In this document: positions 17,101 to 29,557 of the stretch, piece after piece
Layout: each line of letters opens with the position of its first letter
Numbering within the stretch: the first letter of the stretch is position 1
Source of the DNA: Ophelia neglecta
Taxonomy: Eukaryota
Assembly: GCA_965285935.1 (NCBI GenBank)
Contig: OZ260661.1
Location: 146,134,001-146,198,000, forward strand
Direction of reading: 5' to 3'
Length of the DNA: 64,000 nt
The notes under the pieces: model-generated
The model's database searches: none
What the model saw: the letters and a program-made list of their open reading frames with translations, nothing else
What the model was told of the DNA's origin: nothing
Program-made: the position numbers and the translations under genes

Positions 17101-20100
17101 GTTTTACCCTGGTAACACTGGTCATCCTGGTTACATACCTTGGTGAACATGGGTTTTCCGTGGTGAGTGACCATCAGAGCGTGGTCACTGTCCAACACGA
17201 TGGTGGTGTTATGGAAAGATTCCTTGGTGTGCTTGAGGATGAAGTACAGGTCTGTGACGCCCCCCTCAAAAATACTACGGAAATATCGTGGGATAAGTGT
17301 CCGCCCGATGGCTGAAAATACACAAACATTGTGGTTACCGGATACCTCAGCCACCCTCTCTATATTCAGACCACCTCTATATTCAGACCACCTCTATATT
17401 CAGACCACCTATATATTTAGACTACCTCTATATTCAGTTCACTAATATGGGTGATATATTGCATATTTTAAATGTAAAAATAACCTGCATTGACAGAACA
17501 CCTTTATAATAAGAACCCTGTATTTTCCAGCTCCTTGGGTCTGGGGTGGTCTTAATTCACAGGTTTTATTGTAGTTAAATTGTTATACCTATTTTTGGCT
17601 TTGAGTGATCTTATTTTATTTAAAGAAATAGTTTTTTTTCCAATCCTAACTCTTTTTTATCTAACAAGGTGTTTAGAAATGCAAGCCCCCCACCAATTAA
17701 AAGGGATAGTAAACATGTCTGTCACATAATCACTCTTGGCAAAGTCAAAGCAAGGGTAGGGTCCCCTCCACCCCCCTCTCCACCCCAAGCAATGCCCCCT
17801 CCCCCTCCTCCTTCACAACTCCCTCACTCCATCCCTCGACTGACTCCCTACCCAAGCAATACCCCCCCCCCCAATCCCTCCTCCTTCACAACTCCCTCAC
17901 TCATCCATCCAATACCCCCCCTACCAACCTCTGTATTGTGGGACTAAGAATAATCATAACTGTAAAAATGCCTAATACGTCTAGATGCCCCTGGTATGAG
18001 CAGTATAAGTAGTATATCTATCTGCCCCTCTAGTGGGTCAGGGTTCAGGGTGGATAGTAGTATACTGACTGTATCGTTTAGGACCATCTTCCAGACAAAA
18101 CGATAGCGTCAATGTGGCGTCATCCTCGAAAAATTCTGTTGCAAAAGCGTCCCACCACAGGTTGTCGCTCTCCTGAATCAAATAACATCTAATTAAAATC
18201 TAATTTTCATATCATTTACATATCGTTTACATATCATGTGCATATCATTTGAATATCATTTGCATAACATTAACATATACCAATGGTATACCTGCCACAT
18301 CCCCTCAACATTCCATTTACATATTATATTATTATCATCTCATTATCAAAGTCACTGACAATTCATCAAATTAATATTTTCCCCCATACATATAAACCAA
18401 ACCAAGCCCATTTATATAACTTTGTTTTGTTAATAGAGACGATTTCAATGCCATTTAAATAGTAATAAGGATGTATATAAAGTAGTATATAGTTTGTGGC
18501 CTCAGATAAGTATATAAACCCGGACTACCCAGCCTACCTCAGTTCTCTGCTGCAGCCGCTTGTTGAGCTCAAAGATTCGGTAATCTGGCTGGCCCATGTA
18601 CGGAGTGTGGCGCCTGGAACACAAAACAGGGAATATGATAATATAAAACACAGGCTATGGTAATTAAACATAAAATACGGTAATCTGCCTTAAAGTCACT
18701 TTAAGATTGTAATTGTAACAGAATCAATTACTAGCCTTCTCCTCTTTGCCTTACTAGGCACTCCTCTGGCCAGGCTTTGCCCTTACCAGACCAGGGCAAA
18801 GCCTCGCCAGGCCATGACAGGGCAGGCTCTGCCCTGCAGGATCTACCCTGCAGGCTCAGCCCTGCAGGCTCTGGCTCGCAGGCTCAGCCCCGCAGGCTCT
18901 GCATTGCAGGATCTGCCCTGCCTTTGCCCTGCAGGATAGCCCTGCAGGCTCTGCCCCACAGGCTCTGCCCTGCAGGGCAGACTGCAGGCTCTGCCCTGCA
19001 GGGCAGACTGCAGGCTCTGCACTGCAGGCTCTGCACTGCAGGCTCTGCATTGCAGGATCTGCCCCGCAGGATCTGCCCCGCAGGATCTGCCCCGCAGGCT
19101 CTGCCCCCCAGGATCAGCCCCACAGGCTCTGCATTGCAGGCTCTGCCCTGCAGGATCTCTCCTGCAGGATCTGCCCTGCAGGATCAGCCCCTCAGGCTCT
19201 GCCCCGCAGGATCTGCCCTGCAGTCTACCCTGCAGGCTCTGCCCCTCTGCCCCGCAGGATCTTCCCTGCAGGATCTTCCCCGCAGGCTCTGCCCCGCAGG
19301 CTCTGCCCCGCAGGCTCTGCCCCGCAGGCTCTGCCCCGCAGGCTCTGCCCCGCAGGCTCTGCCCTGCAGGCTAAGCCCTGCCTCTGCCCTGGCTCTTCCA
19401 TACACAATAACTTTCATACCAGATAACATATGCTGCCATGGCTCCATGAAGGTGTTGTACTTTCAGCCCATCTTCCACATACACCTTTTTGCTTGTTTAT
19501 AATGGCTCTTCGTACAGTAAAACAACCAGCTATTCTTATCCAGATAAGACAAAACCTGATGAACACACCACAGAGGTGACTGATCAGTATAGTAGTATAC
19601 TGGGCTGTGAGAGCCCAGTGAGGTGGCCATTACTTTTTTCCAATTGACAGAGATTGATATAATATAAACAGACAAAAGTCTCCGGGGGCCAGCCATAGCA
19701 GATTCTCAAATACTCTAAAGAATATAAGACTGCAACCCTTTCAACTCTGAATATCTGTACCTAAAGGGGTATCTGTCCTCTGTAGAGGGCTGTATTGTGT
19801 GATATCTGTAACTACAGGAGTATCTGCCCTCTGTAGAGGGCTGTAGTGTGTAATATCTGTAACTAAAGGGGCATCTGTCCTCTGTAGAGGGCTGTAGTGT
19901 GTAATATCTGTAACTAAAGGGGTATCTGTCCTCTGTAGAGGGCTGTATTGTGTGATATCTGTAACTAAAGGGGTATCTGCCCTCTGTAGAGGGCTGTAGT
20001 GTGTAATATCTGTATCTAAAGGGGTACCTGTCCTCTGTAGAGGGCTGTAGAATATCTGTGACTAAAGGGGTATCTGCCCTCTGTAGAGGGCTGTAGTATG

Positions 20101-21565
20101 TAATATCAGTAACTAAAGGGGTATCTGCCCTCTGCAGGGGGCTGTAGTGTGTAATATCGGTACCTAAGGGGTATCTGCCCTCTGTAGAGGGCTGTAGTGT
20201 GTATATCTGTAATTAAAGGGGTATCTGCCCTCTGTAGAGGGCTGTAGTGTGTAATATCTGTAACTAAAGGGGTATCTGCCCTCTGTAGAGGGCTGTAGTG
20301 TGTAATATCTGTAACTAAAGGGGTATCTGCCCTCTGTAGAGGGCTGTAGTGTGTAATATCTGTAACTAAAGGGGTATCTGCCCTCTGCAGGGGGGCTGTA
20401 GTTTTGAATGAGTTAAAGCCTTTAGTGTATCATATAGAAGGACACAAATCATGAGCGTTATCATACAGCGTTGGCGCACCCAGGATGAACCAGGGACACC
20501 AACCTCACAGTGTTCAGACTAGGCTCGAGGCTTCATCCCAGAAAAACTCCTCTAGAAAAACAGCAGTCTGGTAGTCATGACAACCTCAATAAGAATGTGC
20601 ACCTAGATATGGGCTTTATGAGGAGAATGTCATGTTAAGTTTTTCTGACCAGAGTCCTGTGATGATTGGCAGGAATGGGAGTCCTTGACTTCTAGGATTC
20701 TAGAGTTGGCTTGAGGGTATTAATAAAATACCTAGAGGGTGCGGGGGCACTGGGGCAAGAGGGTTAAAACTGAGGGGGGGGGGGTGCACCCCTGGGCGAG
20801 AGTGGCCACCCCAGGGCAAGAGGGGGCACTGGGGGGAGGTGGGAAGCATTAAGGCCTGGGGGGCACCTAAAGGCGAGGGAGGTGCTAGGGTGAGGAGGGC
20901 AATGGACTGAGGAGGGGGCACTGGGACAGGGGGGTAACATTGAAAGGGGAGCACTGGGGGCACTCAGGTGGGTGGGGCAGCACTGGGGTGATGGGTGAGC
21001 AGGGGTACTGGGGCAGTGGGTGGAACTGGGGAGGCACCTGCACATTGGAACACACCAGGTGGAGGCACCTGAAGTAGAATGAGGCTCTAGCTTGGGGGCT
21101 TGAGGCTTTGGCCCCCAGACACCAGTTTCCAATGGCTCCCCTCCGAGAGAACCCAAACCCTTCCACAGGAGAGGAGCCACACAGCCCCCCCCCCAACCCC
21201 TACCCCCCCCCCCCCCATTGAAAGTGGCACACCCTCAGTTAAAAAAATTCTGGGAGTGGCAATGGCTACCAATATAAAGGTCCTCAACACAGCTCGGAAA
21301 CAAAATGACTTGCACTACTTACAGTACGCAAACCCTGCCGCTTCCTACGGCAGGGCAAACTATAGAACCTTGGTGAGTAGTACTAGCAGTATTAACAGTA
21401 GGCAAACCACCTACTACTGGCAAAACGGGTCGTTCGCCGTGGAGTGTGTTGATGTAGAGGCATGAACAGTATAGTAGTTTTACTAGTAGTGTATGAGTAG
21501 TATATATACCTGTAGAACTGGGAGAAAGGCGACTGATAGAACGGGTCGTTTGTCAGGGAGTTCAT
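7860..21565 (-). CDS. LDB2: LIM domain-binding protein (LDB2/LDB1/Chip orthologue), about 379 aa; join(21510-21565, 18538-18613, 18070-18172, 17139-17311, 16502-16624, 15295-15375, 14621-14744, 8743-8891, 7860-8114)
   Basis: MNSLTNDPFYQSPFSQFYRRHTPY...DNLWWDAFATEFFEDDATLTLSFCLEDGPKRYTIGRTLIPRYF...EGRLILEFTFDDLMRI...LCVILEPMQELMSRHK...KRRKRK (NLS)...DVMVVGEPTLMGGEFGDEDERLI (LIM-interaction domain). All introns are GT-AG and in phase; total 1140 nt. In-frame upstream Met at 21607 is an alternative start. Confidence 0.95.
8743..8891 (-). CDS. LDB2: LDB exon with NLS (ETNRQPNKRRKRK...PVPG)
   Basis: 149 nt, CGCAG/GTACGT boundaries, phase fits. Confidence 0.9.
9845..9910. repeat. 10-bp tandem repeat (tgttactaag/tgttactatg)
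   Basis: Direct inspection. Confidence 0.85.
10276..11028. mobile_element. Non-autonomous DNA transposon, Kolobok-like (TTAA target)
   Basis: TTAA|GGTAG ... CTACC|TTAA termini; internal inverted motif tgaggtcatgacccc/ggggtcgtgacctca at 10842-10887. Confidence 0.55.
11440..12125. repeat. 15-bp minisatellite (GGCACAGGCTAGCAT)n
   Basis: About 40 units; produces spurious AQASM/AWHRL/ACAML ORFs. Confidence 0.95.
14621..14744 (-). CDS. LDB2: LDB exon (LCVILEPMQE...QRMVAPP)
   Basis: 124 nt, TTCCAG/GTGAGT boundaries. Confidence 0.94.
14731..15100. repeat. 50-bp tandem repeat (7 copies plus 1 degenerate) containing the LDB 3' splice site and first 14 nt of the exon
   Basis: aggatcacacacaactggactagtatacagagaacaagagtagtatatag at 14731, 14781 ... 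15031. Confidence 0.95.
15200..15325. repeat. 43-bp tandem repeat, 3 copies, containing the LDB exon end and donor
   Basis: taccctgagaaag..gagtgtgt.attgg.taa repeated; GT at 15294, 15251, 15208. Confidence 0.9.
15295..15375 (-). CDS. LDB2: LDB exon (QDPVMVEQLSKNITRQGLTNYTLNFLR)
   Basis: 81 nt, TTTTACAG/GTAAGT boundaries; missed by the ORF track. Confidence 0.93.
15545..16500 (-). repeat. About six decayed ~125-bp copies of the 3' half and donor of LDB exon 16502-16624, plus a 15-bp (gagtagtatgagatg)n array
   Basis: Motif tgctgcctggtggcaaagtgccac recurs near 15620, 15740, 15875, 15997, 16128, 16262; best copy translates RLWHFATRQNRVLIPQNVIVMQ|GT. Confidence 0.85.
16502..16624 (-). CDS. LDB2: LDB exon (VVTEGRLILEF...VIAMQ)
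   Basis: 123 nt, CAG/GTTTGT boundaries. Confidence 0.93.
17139..17311 (-). CDS. LDB2: LDB exon (IGRTLIPRYF...GKPMFTK)
   Basis: 173 nt, CAG/GTATGT boundaries. Confidence 0.94.
17357..17437. repeat. 17-bp tandem repeat (cctctatattcagacca), about 4.5 copies
   Basis: Direct inspection. Confidence 0.9.
18070..18172 (-). CDS. LDB2: LDB exon (ESDNLWWDAF...GPKRY)
   Basis: 103 nt, CAG/GTCAGT boundaries. Confidence 0.94.
18538..18613 (-). CDS. LDB2: LDB exon (RHTPYMGQPDYRIFELNKRLQQRTE)
   Basis: 76 nt, CAG/GTAGGC boundaries. Confidence 0.93.
18820..19395. repeat. GC-rich ~14-bp minisatellite (GCAGGCTCTGCCCC/T)n
   Basis: Source of the low-complexity ORFs at 18777-19502. Confidence 0.92.
19750..20400. 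repeat. 51-bp minisatellite, about 12 copies
   Basis: atatctgtaactaaaggggtatctgccctctgtagagggctgtagtgtgta. Confidence 0.95.
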
Positions 21566-21750
21566 GGTGCTCGGGTTGTTTGGCCCGAACTGCGCTCCGT
21601 CCCTCATGAATGCGCCGTGTGGAGCCCCCTGGGGGTGAATCTTGGCGTTTTGTTGGGGAACGAGCGGGGCTTGATTAGAGGAGGGGTGGTCAGGCCCCGG
21701 CTTGGCTGTCCACGGTAGGTTGCCAATGGTTACCAATGTTACTAGAGCAA
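21510..21750 (-). CDS. LDB2: LDB exon with LDB2-like N-terminus (ATG 21607 or 21565)
   Basis: Candidate acceptor TGTCCAG at 21751, DPFYQSPFSQFYR motif, donor AG|GTATAT in phase 2. Confidence 0.8.
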
Positions 21751-22594
21751 CTGGACAGTGAGAGAGCCCTTGTGACCGAGTATCTAAGGGATACGACCAG
21801 ACACGAGTAGTATATCCTTTATCCTGGTACTGGAGTTGTGTCCTAGCCTTAAGTAGTATACTTCTAACTCAAGGCTGGAGTAGTATCCCGGCTTACTACT
21901 AGTAGTTTATCCTATATATAAAGCTGGAGTAGGATGAGAATTGTCATTGCGTATCTCCCCACTCTGTAGTAGTATAGCACACAGGCAGAAGTAATACACG
22001 GTTTCTTACACAGAATACAAGTAGTTTATACTCTGGCACTGATAGTGAGTTTGTTGGCAGTAGTGTAAGTAGTACAGTGTTTTATTCTCTGACACTGGCA
22101 AAAAATTTTGGTCTGAAAAACACAATATTCCTATTGGAAAGTAGTTGGGGTCTGGCAGCAGTAGTATGGTAGTTTGTTGGCAGTATACTACTTATCCTAT
22201 ATTCCTCTGTTTATATATCCTGACACTGTTGATATTTTCACACACAGCACTATGGTTCTCGAAATGCACACAAGTCCAGAAGGTTGTGTCAGTAGTATAG
22301 ACGGTTGTCTCAGTAGTAGAATATGTAAAGTATTGGTAATCCTATAGCCACTTATAAAGTAGTATAACTATCACCCGTTCAGGTATGGCACTCTGGGTTG
22401 TTTTCCTATTATCAGTGGCAGTGACTTGAGAACATCTGTTGGCTGGTTAGCTTCCTCCCAGATTACAGAATAATGCAGACTGCTTTAGAAATAAATTTGA
22501 TTTTTTCAAATTTAAGTCTGGCTGAACTGGAATGTTTTTTACATCAATGACTGTAGTAGACTTCAACAAAATATCGACTAGATAAGGCAGGATG

Positions 22595-22728
22595 AGGTGT
22601 TCACTCACAGCAGGGTGTGGTGTTCACTCACTGCAGGGTGTGGTGTTCACTCACTGCAGGTGTGGGGTGTTCACTCACAGCAGGTGTGGGGTGTTCACTC
22701 ACAGCAGGTGTGGGGTGTTCACTCACTG
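22595..22728. repeat. ~21-23-bp tandem repeat (ggtgttcactcacagcaggtgtg), 6 copies
   Basis: Direct inspection. Confidence 0.9.
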
Positions 22729-23816
22729 CTTTTACAATGTAAGTTTACAAAGGAGCGACTTCCTCGAAATATTTCAGTGGATTACGCTAATTAACAAGAG
22801 AATTAACGATGTTTAATGTTTGTGTTTGGATAGTAAATCAGTCGAGGCATGACTTTTACAGCCTCAGATCAGAAGGCGAACAAAGCTTTGCCGACAACAA
22901 CGCCGTCTCCAAAAACCACCAAGTCCTTGCAGGTTTGAGGCAAACGAGATTTTTTGTTTACACGGGTAGAACTTGACCTCCCTGACCCAGTAACAGCCAG
23001 CAGACTCGTTACGGCGTATCACGACTGTTTACTTTGGGTGTTCTCTCTGCGGTTTGTTTGAGGATGGATGGTTTACTTTCTTGTTCACTTTTCTTGTTAG
23101 TTTTGATCAGACCTGTAGCGGACTCGTACAGGTAAAGATCTGGCTTTATTACCTGCCAGGGCTGTATCAGTATCAAAATATATCAATTTATATCAGAATG
23201 TATTAGTTGAATTCAAAACAAGTCACTAATAGCACAGCATATCTACATAGATAATTGTGATGTGATGAATTAGAGTATCAAGTCAGTGCTGTGATTTGTA
23301 TTTCTTGATGACATGGTGTGTCTTGGGTGTTATTGGGTGTCAGAGATTGAGGTCAGTAGGTCACAGACCTGTGTTATTCCTGTCAGTGTAATCCTGCGTG
23401 TGGTGTGTGTGTTTGACAGCGGGCTGGTCCCTGCTGTGTAGACTTTAGGCTGGTACACTGCAGACTTTGACCTGCCAGTCACCAGTTGTTGTTGACACAG
23501 TCAGTGTGAGGTGTGTGTGAGGTGTGTGTGAGGTGTTTGTGGGTGACCTCGTGGTATACCAGTCAGGAGAGCTATACACACAAGACTCTAATTACACAAT
23601 GGACATCTACACCTCCTCTGGTCTTGTAGTCCCCAGCTTTGGGGGGAAAAACACAACCTTTGGGGTGAATAGCTGAGATTTTAGGTGAATAATCAGCTAG
23701 GAATTGAGGGATAAATAGGCGAGATTGGCTCGAGTTCTTGATCTGTGTGTCCTGTAGACTAACCGTCAATATCTGTGCATCTCCTGCCAGACTCTACCCG
23801 AACCCAGAGCAACTTG

Positions 23817-24385
23817 GTATATTGTTAGTCAGACTATAGTGTTTTATAGTGTATTGTTAGGCAGTCTATAGTGCTGTAGTGTATTGTTAGTCAGCCTATA
23901 GTGATGTATAGTGTATTTTTAGTGTATCTATAGTGCTGTAGTGTATTGTTAGTCAATTTATAGTGCTGTATAGAGTATTTTAAGTCAGTCTTTAGTGCTG
24001 TAGTGTATTGTTAGTGTGTCTATAGTGCTCTATCATGTATTGTTAGGCAGTCTATAGTGTTTTATAGTGTATTGTTAGGCAGTCTATAGTGCTGTAGTGT
24101 ATTGTTAGTCAGCCAATAGTGCTGTATAGAGTATTTTTAGTCAGTCTATAGTGCTGTATGTAACTCCCCTATATATATATTATAGTTCCTGTGTTATGAG
24201 GCTGGTATGTAGTCCCCTATATATATTATAGTTCCTGTGTTATGAGGCTGGAGTAGAGTCCCCTATATATATTATAGTTCCTGTGTTATGAGGCTGGTAT
24301 GTAGTTCCCTATATATATTATAGTTCCTGTGTTATGAGGCTGGAGTAGAGTCCCCTATATATATTATAGTTCCTGTGTTATCAGC
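23817..24385. repeat. Two adjacent minisatellites: ~27-29 bp (tagtgtattgttagtcagtctatagtgctg) then 46 bp x ~4.7
   Basis: Direct inspection. Confidence 0.9.
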
Positions 24386-25214
24386 CTGGTACAGTTTTTT
24401 GTATCACAGCCCTTGGATCTCACAGTTTTTGTTTTTGTTTCCGTCGGCCTGTAGCCACGCTATCTGGTGGGTTTGTGATAAATCCCGTAGTAGATACCGG
24501 CGCGGCAGACTTGGCAGTGATCCTGGTGGGCTGGAGCTGTACTAAGTGACAGGTGTAGACCCCAGCTCAGTAGACTTGGCAGCAAACAGGAGCCTGCCGA
24601 ATTAATGTTTCTGACCTGAAGTTTGGTAGATCAGTTGCTACCTCCGCTGCTACCTCTGTCTTTCTGTCTTGCTGGTACCTCTGTCTTGCTGGTACCTCTG
24701 TCTTGCTGGTATATATGCAGGTATTAGTGCCAGGATGACAGAGATTACACTGATTACAGTGATGACAATGATAATAACACAGGAGTCCTAGATTTTTAGT
24801 TCAAAGTGTTTCAGTATGTGAATATTGCGTTTTAGCAATTCCTGTGTTGTTTAATTGAGTTTTTGACTATTCCTGTGTTTGAGTATTCCTGTGTTTGAGA
24901 ATTCTGGTGTTTGAGAATTCCAGGTGTTAAACTGATGTTACCAGGTGTCAATATGGTCACTACTAAGCCATCTTCCAGTGTGTAGTCCTATGTTATGGTC
25001 CTATGTGATGGTCCTATGTGATGGTCCTATGTGATGGTTGTATGGTTTGTTCCTATGTACTGTCTTATAACATGGTCCTAAGGACTGTCCTAGGGAGCCC
25101 TGTGTTAGGAGAATCCCACTGACTCTGACTCTGGCGGCCACTGACACCGACTACGTGATCTTCAGATGTTTACAGCTGACAATCCCAGATAATCCCTGAT
25201 CCAGGTGTGCTGGG

Positions 25215-25485
25215 AGTCCTGATGAGCTCTGAGGGGGTTTCCTGATGACCTCTGAGGGGGTTTCCTGATGACCTCAGAGAGGGTTCCCCGATGACCTCAG
25301 AGGAGGTCCTGATAAATTCGGAGGGGATTCCCTATAAGCTCACAGAGGGGATTTCCAATGACCCCTGAGGAGAGTCCCGCTAACCCCAGAGGGGATTCCT
25401 GCTGACCTCAGATCGAAGCCCTGATGACCTCACAAAGGGGATCCCTGATGACCCAGAGCAGAGTCCCTCTGACCCTCAGAGGTAG
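25215..25485. repeat. Degenerate ~21-bp repeat (cctgatgacctcagagggggt)
   Basis: Direct inspection. Confidence 0.75.
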
Positions 25486-25868
25486 CCCGTCTGCCAACGG
25501 GAAGGGCGGTAGTCCACGGCGAAGCGTCAGCTGATGACCCCTGCTCCTGTCAGTTAGCACCAAGATGGATCCAGTTTGTTTCTACTGGTATGCTTCCTAT
25601 AATGACTGGTGTGCTCTCTGTATTTACCAGAAATCCTCCTTTATCACCTGAATTCCTTACTATATTCACTGTTATTCCTATTAATTGGTTTAGTTCTGCT
25701 AATCCAAGGTGCTGACCACTGGTCTCTTTCTGGTTTTTTTGCGTTGTTATTTCGTCAGTACTCCACTGACCCTGCTGGCCCTCTGGTGGCCCTTGATGAG
25801 GTACTCGGAGCAGCCTCTCGGCAGACACCGGGCTTCTGGAGATGGCTGGCTGCAGCCTACTCACTCAC

Positions 25869-25948
25869 CAGGTATTGATCCCGGCTATGTGCATCACAAT
25901 TCTCTGAGAACCTCGGGCTACCACCGGCTCCACAGACCAGCTCGACAT
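25869..25948 (-). CDS. LDB2: Candidate alternative first coding exon of LDB (MSSWSVEPVVARGSQRIVMHIAGINTW)
   Basis: ATG 25948, strong donor CTG|GTGAGT, phase 2 matches the acceptor of exon 18613. Confidence 0.55.
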
Positions 25949-28900
25949 ACAATGGTCACACTAGCCAGCACCAGCTCTACAAACACGGGTCACTCTACGC
26001 AATCACGGCGCAATCACGGCGAGTGAGGCTCTCGTAAAGACCGTAAACGATGCTCAATCTCTATCACACTGACCTTAAACACCCAACAATACGCTGGTGT
26101 AAACTGACGACAGTATGGGAACTCTAGAACATGGGGGGTGGCAATGTAATCAGAGGGTCACAGACAAGTAGAGACAATACAATCAGTCCTGAGACACAAA
26201 GGGTTAAAGGTAGAAATGGTCTCATTAACTCTTAACTTGCTGCAGCCTTTCACAGTGTTCTGTCACACTGACTGCCCCACTTAAACCCTCACTCTCCCAG
26301 GTCGCCTGGCAGGTTGTGACACCCTCCTAGCCGATGTCTGGTCTCCAGCTGATGACCTTTGTGACCTGTGACCTCTAGTGTGTACACCGACTTCTGGGTC
26401 AGCTATAGTCTGTGTTGCTATGGCGACTGGAGGAATGGCTAAGGCTGCAGAAATACTCACTTGACAACAGGCCAGCTTTAACAAGTCCTGAACAAACACT
26501 GCGTAACACTGTGAAGCACTGTGTGACACTGTGTGACGCTATGCGATATGTCGAGTCTCTATAGGAGATAGGATGTGATGGGCTGCCCCTCTGTCCATAC
26601 TAAACACCTCTCCCAGCATCAGAATCTGAGCAGCAGTTCTATTTATTCAAGGGTCTCCTGTGATTCTTGTAGACTCCTGTTTATCCCAGGTACAGCCCTT
26701 GGACGGTGGCTTACTCTAGCCAGTAGATAGTTAGTGTATTAATCCAATGTCCCGTACAGATCTCGGTGACAGTATGTACCCACTGACAGGGGTCAGCACT
26801 GAGGCAGGTTTACACTGTGATGGATGTCAGCCGGTCTCCGTCTCTGAGGTTCTACGAGGGTCTGTCGAGGGTCTGTTGGAGTCCCTCACCTATGGTGTTA
26901 CCTGTGTCACTGTGTCCTGGAGCTGATCACCTCACCCCCCTCTCTGGGTGTCCCCTCGGTCTCGCACTCTGTCGCTGTCTGCAGTAGGAGGTTAACTGTC
27001 CCTGACCCGGGGGGTCTGGAGGCCCCTCTGTCTCTGCCCCTGTCTTGGGGTGGCTGAGGGCGTCAGGGGTTTTCTGGGGGTGTCCAGGGGGCCCTGAATC
27101 ACTTACTCCCTGGCCCCTGTCTCTGCCCGTCCTTTCCGTGGGTGTCCTTTCCGTGCAGGTGTCTTTTCCGTGGATGTCCTTTCCGTGGATGTCCTTTCCG
27201 TGGGTGTCCAAATGCCCCCTCACCTCAGTAACACTGGTGTGATGTTAACCCGAGCTGCGGGCCTGTGGGTACAATATCCCAGCAGTGTGCTGATCCCTGG
27301 CCTGTCTGTCCCGGTCTGGGCGCGGGTCTTGGGTGTCTGGGGCGTACGTGGGTCTGGGCAGGGTCAGGGGGGTGAGAAGGCACGTCTCTGCCCTGTGCTG
27401 CCTCTGCCCTGAGCTGCCTCCGCCCTGTGCTGACTGGAGGTATTACTAGGCTGGCTGGCCCCTGGCCCTGTTCAGTCAGAGAGTTAATGAAGGACACTAG
27501 TGCTGGTCTGTAGTGTTGATCTGAGCCGTCTCCTGTGCCCCTGGCGGGGGTAGCAGGTCCCTTGTCGGCTTGTCTGTGGTGAGGGGTACGGCCGGGGTGA
27601 CTGGCCCCTGTACAGCTGTCAGTCAGTGTGTAGGGCCTGCTAGAGGTGCCTGAGCCTGACTGGTTATCACACAGGTCTCTCCTCACTGCCAGCTAGGCTT
27701 GTATTGCAGATAGGATTGGCACACAGCGGCTAGCCAGGCTGTGTTCACTGTGCTCTGTGTGGCCTGTATACAACGGACTGGTACACCATGGCAAGGTGCC
27801 AGGGAGAGAGAGGCCCACTGCCAGGGACTGCAGGGACCGCGGGAACCAGCTCGCCTGGGTTATAACCCACCCCACAGTCAGGAGCGGGGCTAGGGCGGGG
27901 CACTGGGGACCAGTCAGGGCGGGAACTATCATCAGACAAGTCAAACCAGGTACAACTACCCAACCCTCAACATGTACACAAAGCTTTCAACCTCCCACCC
28001 CTCACACACAAGGTGCACCAACCCAATAATCAATCACACAACCTGTCACCCCCACGGCCAGCTGAGAGGCCATGTGGATTGATCCAGACTGACTGGCTTG
28101 GTGGAGGAATTCACATCCATTTGTTTTAGCCATGCCCTGTCTTACAATGGGGTTGTTGGAGCGTGAAATCACCACTCTCAGGTAATTAACCAAAGAGGAC
28201 AGGTAACAAGGGTCTGAAGAAAGGTGTATCTACCTGAGAAAGAGGGGGAGGGGTGGTGGTGAAAGGGGTGAGACTGAACAAATAGGGGGAGGAGGGTGGA
28301 AGGGGGAAGACTGAACAAGTAGGGGGAGGGGAGTGGGGTGGAAGGGGTGGGACTGAACAAGTAGGTGGGGGGGGGGGGGGGGAGGGAGGGGGATGGAATG
28401 GGTAAGACTGGGGGGGGAATGGAAGGGGTGAGACTGAACAAGGAGGAGGAGGGACTGGGGGGATGGGGGAGGCAGAGAAGATAAGGAGGGGGAAGGGGTC
28501 GGTGGAATGGGTGAGACTGAAGAAGAGGGGGGGGGGTAGGGGAGGGGGAGGCAGATAATCTAGGGAGGGGGTGAGGGGGTGAGGAGAATGAGAGGGTGGC
28601 AGCAAGGCAGGTTACATGTGTCTGGAGAAAGCATATCTATCTGATACAGGTAGCAAAGGGGGCAGAAGAGACACAGGGGCTGTCTGTTAAAAGGGGGGCT
28701 TGTTATTGAGGGGAGGCTGTGTGATGGGTCTTCCCTCCCTGAGGGGGGGGGGAGGGGGTCTAAGGCCCCTGGACCCTCCTCTTGGATCCAGGGGCCTTGA
28801 AATGACCTCTGTGTGACCTCTGTGTGATCTCTTTCCACTTCTTTGCAATTTTGACTGATGACCAGTCACCACCACTGGCCTATGGATCTAATAACCTAAT

Positions 28901-29179
28901 GATTCCTGGGTTACCATGGTAACCAGATGGGGACCCTCATGCTGATTACAGGTAATGAAATTAACCCTTAATGCCCTGGAGACTCTCATCATGTGGGCAT
29001 GTCATCACAACAAGGATACTGAGGTTATAATCAAGACAAATGGCATCCTCTCTCTCAACCAGCCATCTTCCCTTCATCCGTCTCTGTACCAGCCCCCCCT
29101 TCATCCGTCTCTGTACCAGCCCCCCGTCTCCCTCTCCCTGCACCCCTCTCTCTACCAGTCTACCAGTCTACCAGTCTCC

Positions 29180-29434
29180 NNNNNNNNNNNNNNNNNNNNN
29201 NNNNNNNNNNNNNNNNNNNNNNNNNNNNNNNNNNNNNNNNNNNNNNNNNNNNNNNNNNNNNNNNNNNNNNNNNNNNNNNNNNNNNNNNNNNNNNNNNNNN
29301 NNNNNNNNNNNNNNNNNNNNNNNNNNNNNNNNNNNNNNNNNNNNNNNNNNNNNNNNNNNNNNNNNNNNNNNNNNNNNNNNNNNNNNNNNNNNNNNNNNNN
29401 NNNNNNNNNNNNNNNNNNNNNNNNNNNNNNNNNN
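29180..29434. other. Assembly gap (N run)
   Basis: Ns. Confidence 1.
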
Positions 29435-29557
29435 AATACTTATGTTAAAATCAAAACATGACCCTCTTGTTATTCCCAGGGACATTTAGGGTTTTCTGTC
29501 TCTCAGCCTGGTACCCACCCTAGGTATGTAGGTTACCATGGTAACAGGGTTTCTCAC

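Noticed and set aside
18777-19502. 241-aa ORF (AGSALQ repeats)
   Set aside because: GC-rich ~14-bp minisatellite.
20700-21290. Pro-rich ORFs from G/C-rich tracts (also 9283-9655, 28178-28875, 36029-36333)
   Set aside because: Low-complexity poly-G/poly-C sequence without domain signal or splice support.
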